From the human T2T-CHM13v2.0 reference genome, Homo sapiens: DNA of 64,000 nucleotides. This document shows, piece by piece, positions 30,567 to 48,020 of the stretch. Made by a program: the position numbers and the translations under genes. Position 1 is the stretch's first letter. Each line of letters opens with the position of its first letter. A model generated the notes under the pieces. It was given only the letters and a program-made list of their open reading frames with translations. It was not told where the DNA came from and ran no database searches. Location: the NCBI RefSeq assembly GCF_009914755.1, contig NC_060935.1; one strand, 5' to 3'.

Positions 30567-31631
30567 CTGAGATATATGGCCCTGGGCTTTTGCAAGCTGA
30601 GTTGTTCGAATATTTAAAGACTGGCTTCTTGTAACAGTTGCCACAGAAAGGGATTTTCCATTCACCTTTCTTTCAAGATGACAATTTGCTGTCGATCTCT
30701 CTTCAAGAAGAACAGCATCCCAAGGATCCTTTGCTAGCAAACTTGAAACATTTTTCTCTTCCTCATGGTCTAATACCTCCACATTATCCACCTTAGGCTT
30801 ACTTAGAGGATCCAAGTCTAACCAGTCAAATTTACTGATATCCTCAGACTTTGGAGATACCTGTAGATTGCTGACTTTTGAATCTGTTATCTCCAAATCA
30901 GTCCTTGCTTTCCCATTTTTTAAAAATTCTGATGTACTAGCTATTTTGTCAAATAGTTTTGCCATGTCAGTACTGACTACTGGACGATAGATAGGTAAGC
31001 TTCCTTGTGGATGAAAGGGTGTGGCAGGTGTCAAAGGATATGAGAAATATGGAGATTGTCCCGGAAGACTTAAATATATAGGTTCTGTAGATGGAAAAGT
31101 GGGCATTCTTGGATTGAAGCCATTTTGGAATGCAGCCTGTTTACTGTAAGTAGAAGGATAAATAGAAGGTAAAGCATAAGTGGAAGGCCCAGGTAATCCA
31201 GGTGGCCACTGTCCTCTCTGAATAGTAGGTCTAAAATAGAGCTGTGCTGAAAAGGAAGGGCTCAGAATAGGAGTAACTGGTAATACAGGTGTTTTTTTAG
31301 TCTCGAAACTGTCATCCAGCAATAGTTTCTCAAGTTCAGCTTGGGTGAGCTTTTCTACATCAATATCTAATGCTCTTTTTTGGGAATCTGATTCAGGAAA
31401 CACCATGAGATCATAATCCTGCTTGTTATAAACCTGTGCTTTTTTTCTGGTGCTGCTTGACAACTCAAAGCCTCTCTGATTGTCAGTCACTTGTCTATCC
31501 TTTTGCAGTTTTGCTAAAGCCTCTGCTTCCATCTGTAATGCTTCTTCTTTGTCCACATCTTTTGCTCTTGTTGGTTCCGGATGTGAAGATGGACATTCTT
31601 TAAATCCGCTGTTGCTAGATATCTGAGCCAT
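30567..31631 (-). CDS. PIK3C2A: PIK3C2A first coding exon (codons 1-355, [10 protein letters not shown]...KAQGHISQ); disordered N-terminus with clathrin box LLLDD
   Basis: The 362-aa ORF translates to the recognisable N-terminus of human PI3K-C2alpha. The true ATG is at 31631-31629 (the track starts at an upstream TTG). Donor CAG|GTATAG at 30567/30566. 1065 nt, phase 0. LLLDD (res 103-107) at 31325-31311; DPW (res 302-304) at 30728-30720. Confidence 0.98.
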
Positions 31632-31696
31632 GTCCACTAAAAAGACCAAACCTTCCTTCCTCTATTTTTTTCTTGTAGCTTCCAAAATAGCAAGGC
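31632..31696 (-). other. PIK3C2A: 5'UTR part (65 nt) of the PIK3C2A start-codon exon, with splice acceptor
   Basis: Minus strand reads ...tgttatgtttatttttatgtatAG|GCCTTG (AG at 31698-31697), with a CTAAT branch-point-like motif about 30 nt upstream. This implies a non-coding upstream exon outside the window. Confidence 0.85.
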
Positions 31697-32711
31697 CTAT
31701 ACATAAAAATAAACATAACACTCAATTAGATTTCTAAACATAAATATATTTTGTTTGCAACCTACCCCATATGACTTTGGACTTTAAGCCACTTAGAAAA
31801 ATATACTACAAAATAAACAAAATAAAACAGATAAAATCTGGGTGAAGGAACACTTAACACCTTATACACTGTTGGGTTACAGAAGATGTTCAGATACACA
31901 TTACTTTAACCCCATTTCCTGACACAACTGGAAAGCTGGCACAGTAAATGAACTTTAGACGCTTTCATTTTAGCAGTCAAAATGGCTGCCATTAACCAGT
32001 GGTACTTCTGGCAGAATTCTTAGCATGAAATGACTTAAGTGCTAGTCACATATTTTCAACAGTTCAGACAGGGTTTACCAATATGCAGAAATAGCAAGTC
32101 AAAATGGTTTTTGATCTTTTGCTATTTGTTAAATTGCTCAAAAGCCAATTAGCAATAAAAACATCCAATACCTAGTCAATAAAACAGGAAACTATTATTT
32201 TATCAAAATACTATGTGCAAAACTGATAAAGGTTTAATAATCTTCCAGAAATATTAAAAATGTATAATGTAACATGGATTTGAATAATAAGACAAAGTGT
32301 TAAGGCTTATTAGAAGTTCTGAGGCAATATTTCACTCAAAGATTAAATTATAGCTGAATTGGCCATATAGTTTTAATTACATTTCTATTCTGATTCTCTG
32401 CAGTTAAATCAATAGTTATAATACCAAAATTTCTCCTTTTCAAAATCCTTAAATATTTTTATTCTTCACGAAAAGATGAGAAGATAATTTTTAAACTTTG
32501 TCATAGTTTAGCTTATAAAAATTTATACTCCTCTATTTAAGACAAACACTTAATTCAGACCAAGATTACCCTGTGAAGCAATACGACCAACTGAAAGGTT
32601 GCTTAGCTACTCTGTAACACCGAGCACATTTCCTGCTTCTAATCAATATGATAAAAGGGTTAAATATGGATTCTGGAGTCACATCACCTTAGTTTAAGAA
32701 GGTATATGACT

Positions 32712-33006
<295 letters not shown>

Positions 33007-33504
33007 GAAGGTATATGACCTTGGGCAAATGAAAACTTTTCTGTATGTCTTAGTTTCCTAATTTTTAAAATAAAAAAGTATCAATCTAAATTAGTACACA
33101 AACTAAATGAAATAATACACATAAAAGTGCCTCTCATTGGCCTTGGGCATAAGCATTAAATAAATGGTACGTATTATTAATCTAATCTGGTTTGTGATAC
33201 ATCCAGTTTAAATACCTAGAAAGCAAGAGAGCTCCTGTTTACATTCTATGGTCTTTCTTTCTAGCAAACACAATGCTTGTCTACCGTATATGCTCAATAT
33301 ATACGTGAGACAAGGAGGTAGGGAAAAACCCAAAATAAATTCAAATTAGTATAATACAAATGAAAATCCTAAGTGTTGAGGTAATACTAAACAAAAAAAA
33401 AAATTTTTACTAAGGAGGTCATGAAGAAAGAGGAATTCAAAGAATGTCCTTGGAATGTTCTTAGAGTATTATTTTGCAATTCCTTCATACAACTATTTTC
33501 CCTT

Positions 33505-34465
33505 CTGTGGTAGACTACAAAGCATGGGCACAATGTATATTTAAAATATACACACTTTACTGTATGTAAACTTTATATCAAAAGAAAAAGCTGTAAATAT
33601 GGAACTCTTGCTACATATGCACAAAGCACTTAGAGGAAAGTACTAATGTCTACAATTTACTTTGTTGTTCTTGTCGTTTAGAGATGGGGGAGGTCTCATT
33701 ATGTTACCCAGGCTGGTCTTGAACTCCTGGCCTCAAGCAAGCCTCCTGCCTCAGCTGGGATTACAGGCATGATCCACTGTGCCTGGCTCTTACAATTTAC
33801 TTTGAAATGCATTTTTTTTAAAAGGTAAACTAATGGATAGCAGGATAGATGGATAAATATGTGATTAGACAGGTATAGAAAAATGTTAATAGTAGAATCT
33901 AGGTGATACAAATATGAGTATTCACTTTGAAATTCTTTTAACTTGGTTGCCAAGACTGAAAATTTTCAAAATAAAAGGCTGGATAGTAGGGAATAGGAGG
34001 AGCACAAATTCCTCCCATTTCAACACATACTCCCACTACTTGGGATGTGATTTTCTTGTTCCTCTCATAAAGAGGAGGGATCTATTTCTTTACTCTCTTG
34101 AGCTAAGCGGGCCTTATGACTTGGCTTTTACCAATGAAATGGAAGTGACACTGTGGGAATAGGAGTTCCAAATCTAGGTCCTAAGAGGCTTTACTACCTC
34201 AGTTCTTTGTCTCTTGAAATGCAGCCACTGCTATGTGAATGCTCACTGAGGATGAGAGGGGCCAGCTAACAGCCAGCACCAACCACCAAACATGTGAGTG
34301 AAGCCACCATCTTAGACCATCCATCCACACTCCAGATGACCACAACTCCATGAGTGACTGAAGGTGAGACCAGCAGAAGAAATCACCAAGCTGAGCTAAA
34401 GCCAAATTGATAACCCACAGAATCATTTTGGAATGATTCTGTTACATAGCAATAGATAACTGATA
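33505..34465 (+). mobile_element. MLT1-family MaLR LTR interrupted by an old L1 3' fragment and a FLAM
   Basis: TGTGGTAGAC start; GACTTGGCTTTTACCAATGAAATG...GAAGTGACACTGTG; end GCAATAGATAACTGATA. Confidence 0.65.
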
Positions 34466-35059
34466 AACTTTTTCTTATTAGTTTTAGAAAACAAAGCGCA
34501 AGCCATTTTTACTATTTAGCAACAAACTTCTGTTTTAACTTCCACCACCACCTTCCTTCACTTATCCTCAGGGAACAAACGGTTTTCTTTTCCTTTCTAA
34601 GGCGACTTCCTCCATGTGTATCCTTAACCTTAGATTTCTAAACATAAATGTATTTTCCCCTCCACTTCATCATCAATGATTACCCTCCACTTCATCATCG
34701 GTGATTACCTCCTTTGCATTGTTAACTTATTTACTTGCTTAGGGTCCTGTGCCACAAAAAAGCTTAAGTCTTCTCCATATTGAAGGGGGGGAAATCTTAA
34801 CATTCCCGTTTAGATTCCAGTAGCTTCCATTTTAATTTTCTTTTTTCACTGTCAAACTTCTCCAATGAGGGACCTACAGAATCTTTTCTTTACACATTCT
34901 GCCTTGGAAAAACTCTACTTGTCCTTCAGGGCCCAATTCAAATACTGTCTCCTCTCTTTAGCCTTCCCTAAGCAGCTCTTATCAGAATTCATCTTTTTAG
35001 ATCAACCAAAACATTTTTATCACAGCTTTCTCTTCTTCACTTCTGTAGACCTTTTGCTG

Positions 35060-35545
35060 TTTTTGCCTATCAACATCTTTGCTTCTGGTTGCAGAACCTA
35101 CGGCTTCCATTTTGGAGACTGATCTCCCTTTATCCCACATAGTTAATTAAAATAGAACTGGCCATTTCTACCCTTGTCCCCCATTCCCATCCACTCCAGA
35201 GGATCCAAATATGGCCCATCAGAGTTAACTCCTGGACTTCTGCTGAAACTATTTGGAAAGAAAGCTTTTCTTTGAGCTTACTAAACTCAGATATAAGCCT
35301 GGCCCTGCTGTGGCCGTCTTTGTCACCACTTGAGGAGATAATGCCTAAAAATGAATCCAATCCAGAAGAAAGCAGAGCTAAGATAAAACGAAGAAAGACA
35401 GATTCTGGCTAATATTACACTGGCATCTGGATCCAACTAAGCCCAAAGCCAACCTTTCATTTATGCAGGCCAGTAAGTCTCCCTTTTTGCTTAAGCCAGT
35501 TTAAAATGAGTTTCTGCCATAACAAAAAATGTCCTGATTAACACA
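35060..35545 (+). mobile_element. Old MLT1 (J/K-like) LTR
   Basis: GAAAGCAGAGC...CTGGATCCA...TTTTTGCTTAAGCCAGTTT...GTCCTGATTAAACA pattern. Confidence 0.6.
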
Positions 35546-35678
35546 GAATCTGTGAACCTATGTGTCTACCCAACAGACTAAAATAAGCTTAAGTGCAAAG
35601 GCCTACTTGTTTATTTTTGGAGTTCCCCACAACATTTAAAAGTACCTTGCTTAATGAATAAGAAACTTAATTTACTGA

Positions 35679-35900
<222 letters not shown>

Positions 35901-37580
35901 TAATAGCGTTTTGCCATGTTGGCCAGGCTAGTCTTGAACTCCTGACCTCAAGTGATCCACCTGCCTCGGCCTCCCAAAGTGCTGGGATTACAGGCGTGAA
36001 CCACCTCACCTGGCTGAACATGTGTTTTAACAAGAGGGAGTGAGGGCTATTGGACAGTCTTAAAGAAGGCATTTCTAATGGCACAAGAGTATGGATATAT
36101 GGTAGGAAAAATAAATCAAGTGTAATCACCTATTGTGGAACACCAAAGTATACTGCCTATTTTTCACAAAATTAGATGTATTAAAACAAAACAGCAGCCA
36201 CGCAGTGGCTCACACCTGTAATCCCAGCACTTTGGGAGGCTGAGGCAAGTGGATCACCTGAGGTCAGGAGTTCAAGACCAGCCTGGCCAACATGGTGAAA
36301 CCCCATCTCTACTAAAAATACAGAATTTAGCTGGGTGTGGTGGCACGCCAGGCCTGTAATCCCAGCTACTCAGAAGGCTGAGGCAGAAGAATCCCTTGAA
36401 CCCTGGAGGCAGAGATGGCAGTGAGCCAAGGTCACCATTGCACTCCAGCCTTGGCAACAAGAGTGAAACTCTGTCTCAAAATAAAATAAAATAAAATAAA
36501 AAATAAAAAAATAGCATTTTACAAAGAGAAAGGCTACGTAGATATAATTCATCTTCCACAAGCATAATGCCAATTTGTTATTTAAGTATTCTCCTTGTTG
36601 CCACATCTGGTAATGAACAATGTAACACTATTCTGAAAGAAGGATCTAGATTTTTTAAAATTAGTTTACAATAATTTATTCACAGGAGAATACACTTGTT
36701 CTAAGTATTTCAAATGAATGTTAACTCTCATTTACTGATAAAGATATAAAATTAATCATCTGAAATATATTTTAATAGTGAGTATGGGTTTTTCTCACAT
36801 CACCAATGTATTTGCTTGCTCTATTTCTAGTACCAACACCCAAAGTAGTATATGCTAAAGTAAATTCAACTCTAAGTAGTAAAAGTGAGCTGATTGCTAC
36901 CAGCTAAGTTACCATATTTTAGTTTTCCAAGAGGTTATCATGCATGTATACTAAAATGGCAATAAAAGGACTTAACAGATTGTCCAAAAGTAACCCTGTG
37001 CTTCAGCTGTTTTTCTGGGGCTGCTGCATTGACATGCTCCATTAATTTTTTAAAATAAAACTTCATTTGATGACAAACATTTAGCAGGAAATAATTTCCT
37101 ACATCCTAATTCAAAATGAAAACTTCAATGCTAATGTTCCCCTAATTCAAGCTGAGAAAGACAATATAACTAGTATTTGAATGAGGCCTGCACATCATCT
37201 GCCAAAATTTTCTCAACATAAAGTAACCCAGTGAAGATCACAAGGCTGTAGCTACTTTAAAATTCTTCAAAAGTGGGTAATTAAACTATTTAGTTAAACG
37301 TTTAGACACCATTTGCATATCCCAAAACAGAAGAATTAATTTAAAAGTTCTTGGCTTCTTCTGTGTTAGACAGTCATTTACAATTTAAATTTAAACCCCA
37401 GAAAACAGAAAAAAGCAAGTTGGTGCTGCTACCCATCTAAATGTTTTCCTGATCTTAAAATTTCAAGACAACTAAGAAAACTAAAAAAGAATTATTTGAG
37501 TTGAACAATACAGATATTTGTCCCCCCAAATGAATATAAACCTTAAAGGAAAATAAATTAGGGTACTTCCATGGAACTGA

Positions 37581-37703
<123 letters not shown>

Positions 37704-39295
37704 TGAGTAGCTAGGATTACAGGTGCCCACCACCATGCCCGGCTCATTTTTGTTTTTTTTTTAGTAGAGATGGGGTTTCACCATGTTGGCCAGGCTGGTC
37801 TCAAACCCCTGACCTCAGGTGATCCACCCGCCTCAGCTTCCCAAAGTGCTGGGATTACAGGTGTGAGCCACTGAGCCCAGCTGGAACTGAATATTATACC
37901 ACCATTAAAAATAAAATCATGGGCTGGGCGAGGTGATTCTTAAACTTTGGGAGGCTGAAGTGGGAAGACTGCTTGAGCCCAGGAGTACCAGACCAGCCTG
38001 GGCAACATGGCCAGACCCTATCTCTGTAAATAAATAAATATATAAATTTTAAAAATTAAAAAAAAAAGATTATGGGCTGAGTATGGCAGCTCAGGCCTAT
38101 GATCCCAGCACTTTGAGGCTTTGAGAGGCCAAGGCAGGAGCATCACTTCAGGTCAAGAGTTCGAGACCAGCGTGGGCAACATAGCCAGACCCCTATCTCT
38201 ACCAAAAAAGAGTTATTTGGATGTGTTGGAGCATGCCTGTAGTCTCAGCTACTCAGGAGACTGAGGTGGGAGGAACACTTGAGCCCAGGTGTTCAAGGTT
38301 AGAGTGAGCTATGATTGTGTCACTGCACTCCAGCCTGGGGGACAGAATGAGTTTCTGTCTCTAAAAAATAAAACAAAAACCAAACAAAAATAAAATAATT
38401 ATGACTGCAGTCAACCATGGAAAGTATCTGATAAAACTGCAGCAAATATCTGCATATCTCTATCTATGTATAGAGATATATAGATACTATATGCCAAACA
38501 TTGCTTTAAGCAATGTATTAACTAATTTAATCCTCACAAATTTTATAAAGTAGCTATTAGTATCCCTAGTATACAAATGAAGAAATTTAAGCATACAAGT
38601 TATGTAATCTGCTCAGTCTCACAGCAGCTAGCAAGTGGTGAAATCAGGACTCAATTTCAGGCAGTACTAATTCTCCACAATGCACTTTAAAGTTATCTGG
38701 GTAAGCGTCTAAATTAGTATAATTTACCCACTATAAATATCAACTTTCATCTTCAATCATAAGGTTATTTTATTTTAATAAATTTGTTTCTTTTAATTAT
38801 ATCATGAGGTAATTAATACTACTATTTAGTTATAACATGTACCAATTTATCAGTTAATTTATCATCACCAGATGACTAGCAAATTTGTAATTTCACTGAG
38901 GGCAAGAACTTTTTCTCATCTTCTACTCTCAAACTTCTAATGCAGTTGAATGAATGGATCAATGACTAGAGAACATAAGACACCATTCCTTTTATCAAAG
39001 AGAAGCTCAAATTCTGAAACAGAAAAAACAGGCTAAAATGACTCATTAATAATTCAAACTTTACTAAAAAATAACATGGTTGAGTTTAGAATAAACAAGT
39101 GGGGTGGGGGAGCAGATTATCTTAAAAACTAGGAGGGAGATGGTAATAGAAAACTAAAAGTAAAAGTTGTTCCATCTCTGTTAAAAGGAAAAACCCCAGT
39201 ACATGACAAGATAATATTCTCATATCTCTACTGATTCATGGAAGGAAAAAATGTCATCTGATGAAAGAAACCAAGTACTCTGGTGTTAGGAACTA

Positions 39296-39935
<640 letters not shown>

Positions 39936-40150
39936 GGTTAGAGTTTATGAAGAGAGAAACAGGAACAAAAAACATGGTGAACAAGTATCATTGCTTTCTG
40001 GGTGGTAAGGAAAAATTTATCTTCCCCACAGTCATCTCTTTCCATACGCCAATAAAATACCTCAAATTCCTGTTATTCTGGGGGAGAACAAAATTTTATT
40101 TTTATTTTTTTAAGTCCCACAGATAACTTACTGTCTTACTTATTATCTAC

Positions 40151-40737
<587 letters not shown>

Positions 40738-42369
40738 TATTTATTTATTTTGAAGACAGGGTCTAGCTCTGTTGCGCAGGCTGAAGTGCAGTGGCTCGAT
40801 CATAGCTCACCGTAACCTAGAACTCCTGGGCTCAAGCAATCCTTTTGCCTTAAACTCTTGAGCAGCTGGGACTACAGGCATGTACTACTACATCCAACTA
40901 ATTTTTAAATTTTTTATAGAGACAGGGTCTCACCGTGTTGCCCAGGCTGGTCTCAAACTCCTGGCTCAAAGCAATCCTCTCACCTGAGCCTCCCAAAGCA
41001 CTGGGATTACTGGCAGAAACCATTGTACCTGGCCAACCTACAGCCTTTAAATGAGGTCTTATCCTTTATAACTTTTTAATTTTTAAAGTACGTACTTTCT
41101 AATTACCTTAATATTCTAGATTTAGAAAACTTAACATTTTAGAGAGAAATGTGTTCACAATCAACCACATAGGATAAGTTACAAAAAGATTAAATTTTTA
41201 AAAATAGAGACAAGGTCTCACTCTATCACTGAAGCTGAAGGGCAGTGACATCATCATAGCTCACTGTAATCTCAAACTCCTAGAGGCTCAAGGGATCCTC
41301 CTGCCTCAGCCTCCCGAGTAGCTGAGATTACCAGTATAACCAGGCCTGGCTAATGTTTTCATTTTTTGTAGAGACAGGGTCTGGTTATATTGCCCAGGCT
41401 GATCTCGAACTCCTAGCCCTACGTGATCTCACCTCAGCCTCCCAAATCACTGGGATTACAGTGTGAACCATTGTCCTGGCTCTATATCAGTGTAAAGAAA
41501 TTCTATCATGAAAACAAGACAACATAGAATTGCTTTGTAACCTCAGCATAAAGGCCTCCTAATATGACTCAAAATCTAGAAGCCATATGTAAAAGATTCA
41601 AGCACATAAACATCTTTTAAAATAACTTTTGTTTGGCAAAAAAGCACCAATGAATGTATTCATTTCCTCAGTAAATATTTATTGGGTGTATACTATGCAT
41701 CAAGCACTGCTGCAGGCAATGAAAAGCTAAAATAAAAATAACTGAACCAAGCCTGGGCAATGTGGTGAATCCTTAACTCTATGAAAACAATATATATATA
41801 AAAATCAGCAGGGCGTGGTGGCACATGTTACTCGGGAGTCTGAGATGGGAAGACTGCTTGAGCCCAGGGGGTCAAGGCTGCAGTGAGCTAAGATCGTGCC
41901 ACTGTATTCCACCCTGGGCCACAGAGCCAGACTCTCTGTCAAAAATAAATAAATAAAAACAATAGAACCATAAAAATGTCAGTGAAAAGCAATAAACCAA
42001 GAAAAAATTTTTGCTATTCCTATCACAAAGAGCTAATCTTTCTAATACATTAAAAAGAACTACTAGAAAACAAAACAACAACAACAACAACAAAAAAAAA
42101 ACAAAAAAAAAAGGCTAGGCGCAGTGGCTCACACCTGTAATCCCAGCATTTTGGGAGACTGAGACAGGTGGATCACCTGAGGTCAGGAGTTCGAGACCAG
42201 CCTGACCGACATGGAGAAACCCCATCTGTACTAAAAATACAGAAATTAGCCAGATGTGGTGGCGCACACCTGTGATCCCAGCTACTCAGGAGGCTGAGGC
42301 AGGAGAATCACTTGAACCCGGGAGGCAGAGGTTGCAGTGAGCCAAAATTGTGCCACTGCATTCCAGCGG

Positions 42370-42920
42370 ATACCCTCATTTCAGACTACGGTCACAAGTA
42401 GTGGGTTCCTATATTACTTGTACTGTTTTGGACTTGCCTTCAAATCAAGGGTTCCCATGAACCCAACTCAGGTTTTATAATTTGCTAGAATGGTTCACAA
42501 AACTCAGGTGGAGTTTACTTATTACTGACTTATTATAAAGGATACAACTCAGGAACAGCCAAATGGAAGAGTTTACTTATTACTGACTTATTATAAAGGA
42601 TACAACTCAGGAACAGCCAAAGAGAAGAGATGCATAGGGCAAGGTATTAGAGGTGGCGGGACAGAACTTCCATACCCTTTCTGGACACTATCTCCCGGCA
42701 CCTCTATGTGTTCACCAACCCAGAAGCTCTCCAAACCCTGTCATTTAAGGGTTTTAATGGAGGCTTCATTATATAGACATGGTTGATTAAGTCTCTGGCC
42801 ATTGGTAATTGGTCTCTAGCACTTCTCCCCTCCCTAACCCTCTAATCATGTTTTGGTCTTTCAGGCAACCAACACCCATCCTGAAGTTATCTAAGAGCCC
42901 CCAGTCACCAATCATCTGAT
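42370..42920 (-). mobile_element. MER21-family LTR fragment containing a 58-bp tandem duplication
   Basis: GGTTCCCATGAACCC...ATAATTTGCTAGAATGGTTCACAAAACTCAGG...TTATTATAAAGGATACAACTCAGGAACAGCCAAATGGAAGAG. Confidence 0.7.
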
Positions 42921-43177
42921 TTTTTTTTTTTATTATAACACAGTTCACTCAATGGAATTCTATATAGCAATGCAAATGGATCCACTAGAGTTGTACAATA
43001 AAACTTAGAAACAGGTTGAGCAACTGAAAGACAGAAAACACACACATATACACACACGTAAGGCGCTGGGTGTGGCATGCCCGTAGTCCCAGCTACTTGG
43101 GAAGCTGTGGTAGGAAGATCCCTTGAGCCCAGGAGTTCAACACCAACCTGGGCAACATGGTGAGATCCCATTTTTAA

Positions 43178-43249
<72 letters not shown>
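43178..43249. repeat. (TA)n(CA)n compound microsatellite in a FLAM tail
   Basis: Direct reading: atatatatatatatatata followed by about 20 CA units. Confidence 0.95.
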
Positions 43250-43347
43250 GATTTGATTCATATAAAGTTCAAAAACATGAAAAACTATTTTATTTAAGAA
43301 TGCTTACATTATGGCAAAACTGTGAAGGAAATGATTATCAAAAGTTA

Positions 43348-43485
<138 letters not shown>

Positions 43486-44573
43486 TCAGCCAGGCGTGGT
43501 GGCACATGCTTGTAATCCCAGCTACTTGGGAGGCTGAGAAAGAGAATCGCTTGAACCTGGGAAATGGAGGTTGCGGTTAGCCAAGACCGTGCCATTGTAC
43601 TCCAGGCTGGGCAACAAGAGTGAAACTCTGTCTCAAAAAAAAAAAAAAAAGTTAGAATAGTAGTTACTCACAAAGTTATAATCAGAAAGAAATATAGTGG
43701 GGACTTTGGGGTACTAGCAATGTTCTGCTTCCTAACCTAGTGACTGGTTACCCAAGTATTTATTTATAATTATTTGTTAAATAATCATATATGATTTGTG
43801 CACTTTTCTGTGCGTTACTTAACCATAAAGAATAATCTACTCTTGGCTGGGTGCAGTGACTCACAAAACACATTGGGAGGCTGAGACAAGAGGAGCCCAG
43901 GAGTTTGAGACCAGCCTAAGCAACATGGCAAAACCCCATCTCTACACAAATTTTAAAAATTAGCTAGGCATGGTGGCGCATGCCTGTAGTCCCAGCTACT
44001 CTGGAGGCTGACAGGTAGGAGCATCACTTGAGCCCAGCAAGTTGAGGCTGCAGTGAGTCAAGATCATTCACTGTACTTCAGCCTGGACGACAGAACAAGA
44101 CCCTGTCTCAAAAAAAAAAAAAAAAAAAAGTTCGACTTGGAAAGTTTATCTTTTAGTGATAACATTAAAAAATACAAATAAAAGCTATACTGTCCCCCTT
44201 TCATTTGCCAATCTAGAGGCTAAATTAAGGAGACTGCTGTCACTCATTAAGAGACATGGGGAAAGGATAAGACTATAACAAACTTTATAAAATAGAGTTT
44301 CTCAAATGTTCATCATCTGTGAATTAATGAGCACTGCACATAACATGATCAATTTATGTAAAACATTCACTGCATTTTTATTTATTTATTTATGTATTTT
44401 TGAGACAGGTTCTCACTCTGTCGCCAGGCCGAAGTGAAGCAGCATGATCACAGTTCACTGCAGCCTCGACCTCCCAGGCTCAGGTAATCCTCCCACCTCA
44501 GTCTCCAGAGTAGCTGGAACTACAGGTATGCATCACTATACCTGGCTAAGTTTTGTATTTTTTGTAGAGATGA

Positions 44574-44708
<135 letters not shown>

Positions 44709-44729
44709 TAAAACATTAAAAAATGAATG

Positions 44730-47095
<2,366 letters not shown>

Positions 47096-47249
47096 TAGTA
47101 AGATATTACAATCAGTGAGAGAAATGATTATACACTCTCATCATTGTATGCATAGGTAGTAAATTTACTTATTTCTATTATATTAGAAAATTCTAATTCA
47201 GTTATAGCTTATCAGGAAGGCAACAACATTTAGTGGTCACTATATCAGA

Positions 47250-48020
47250 TACTTACAGGCTCTATCTTCAAAATATTTCTGAACCTAAACATTTCTTCAT
47301 TACGTTCTCAATACCATCCTAGACCAATTAATCATCATCTCTTGCTCTTTCCTGGATTATTGAAATAGCCTTCCCCAAACTGTTTCCCTGCTACATTTAT
47401 AACCCCTCCTTTCCCCACCTTCAGACTATTCTCAACACAGTAGCTGGAGTGATCTTGAAAAACCTAGAACTTGTCACTCCTCTGCACAGAATTTTCAATA
47501 GCTCCTAACTCATTCAGAGAAAAGGTACAATCTTTACAATGGCCCACCAGGCACACTAATATTTGGCCCCCCATTATCTCCCTCCTGTAACTGTGCACTG
47601 CTTCCATCACACTGGCCCCCTTGTTGTTCCTCAACACCTTATGCTCCCAACTCAGGGCCTCTGCTCTTCTGTTACCTCTGACTAGACTGTTCCGCTGAAT
47701 CACTGAATGGCTTAATCCCTCGCTTCCTTCAAGTCTTCATTGAAAAGGTGACATTTGTGTAAAGTCCTCCCTGATAACCAAGTTAAAACTGCAATTTTCT
47801 CCAACTCCACTGCCTATCACCTTACCTTAATTTTCTCCTTAGCATTTACTACCATCTAGTATACTATATATTTACTTATTTATTTTGTTTATTGCCTGCA
47901 TTTCCCCCTCTAGGCTATAAATTCCATGAAGCTGGGATTTATTTGTCTGGTTTACTGCTATATTCCCAGCACTCTAGTCCTGGAATAACAAAGCTTTCAT
48001 TCAAGTAGTTGTTAAACAAA
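47250..48020 (+). mobile_element. L2 3' region
   Basis: CCTGGATTATTGAAATAGCCT...TTCTCAACACAGTAGCTGGAGTGATC...CTCAGGGCCTCTGC...TAAATTCCATGAAG. Confidence 0.7.

Noticed and set aside
31632-31649. N-terminal extension MVFLVD in the ORF track
   Set aside because: Starts at TTG; the known protein begins MAQISS at the ATG.
38447-38486. AT-rich quasi-palindrome (atatctctat...atagagatat)
   Set aside because: Low-complexity TA/GA sequence forms such hairpins readily.
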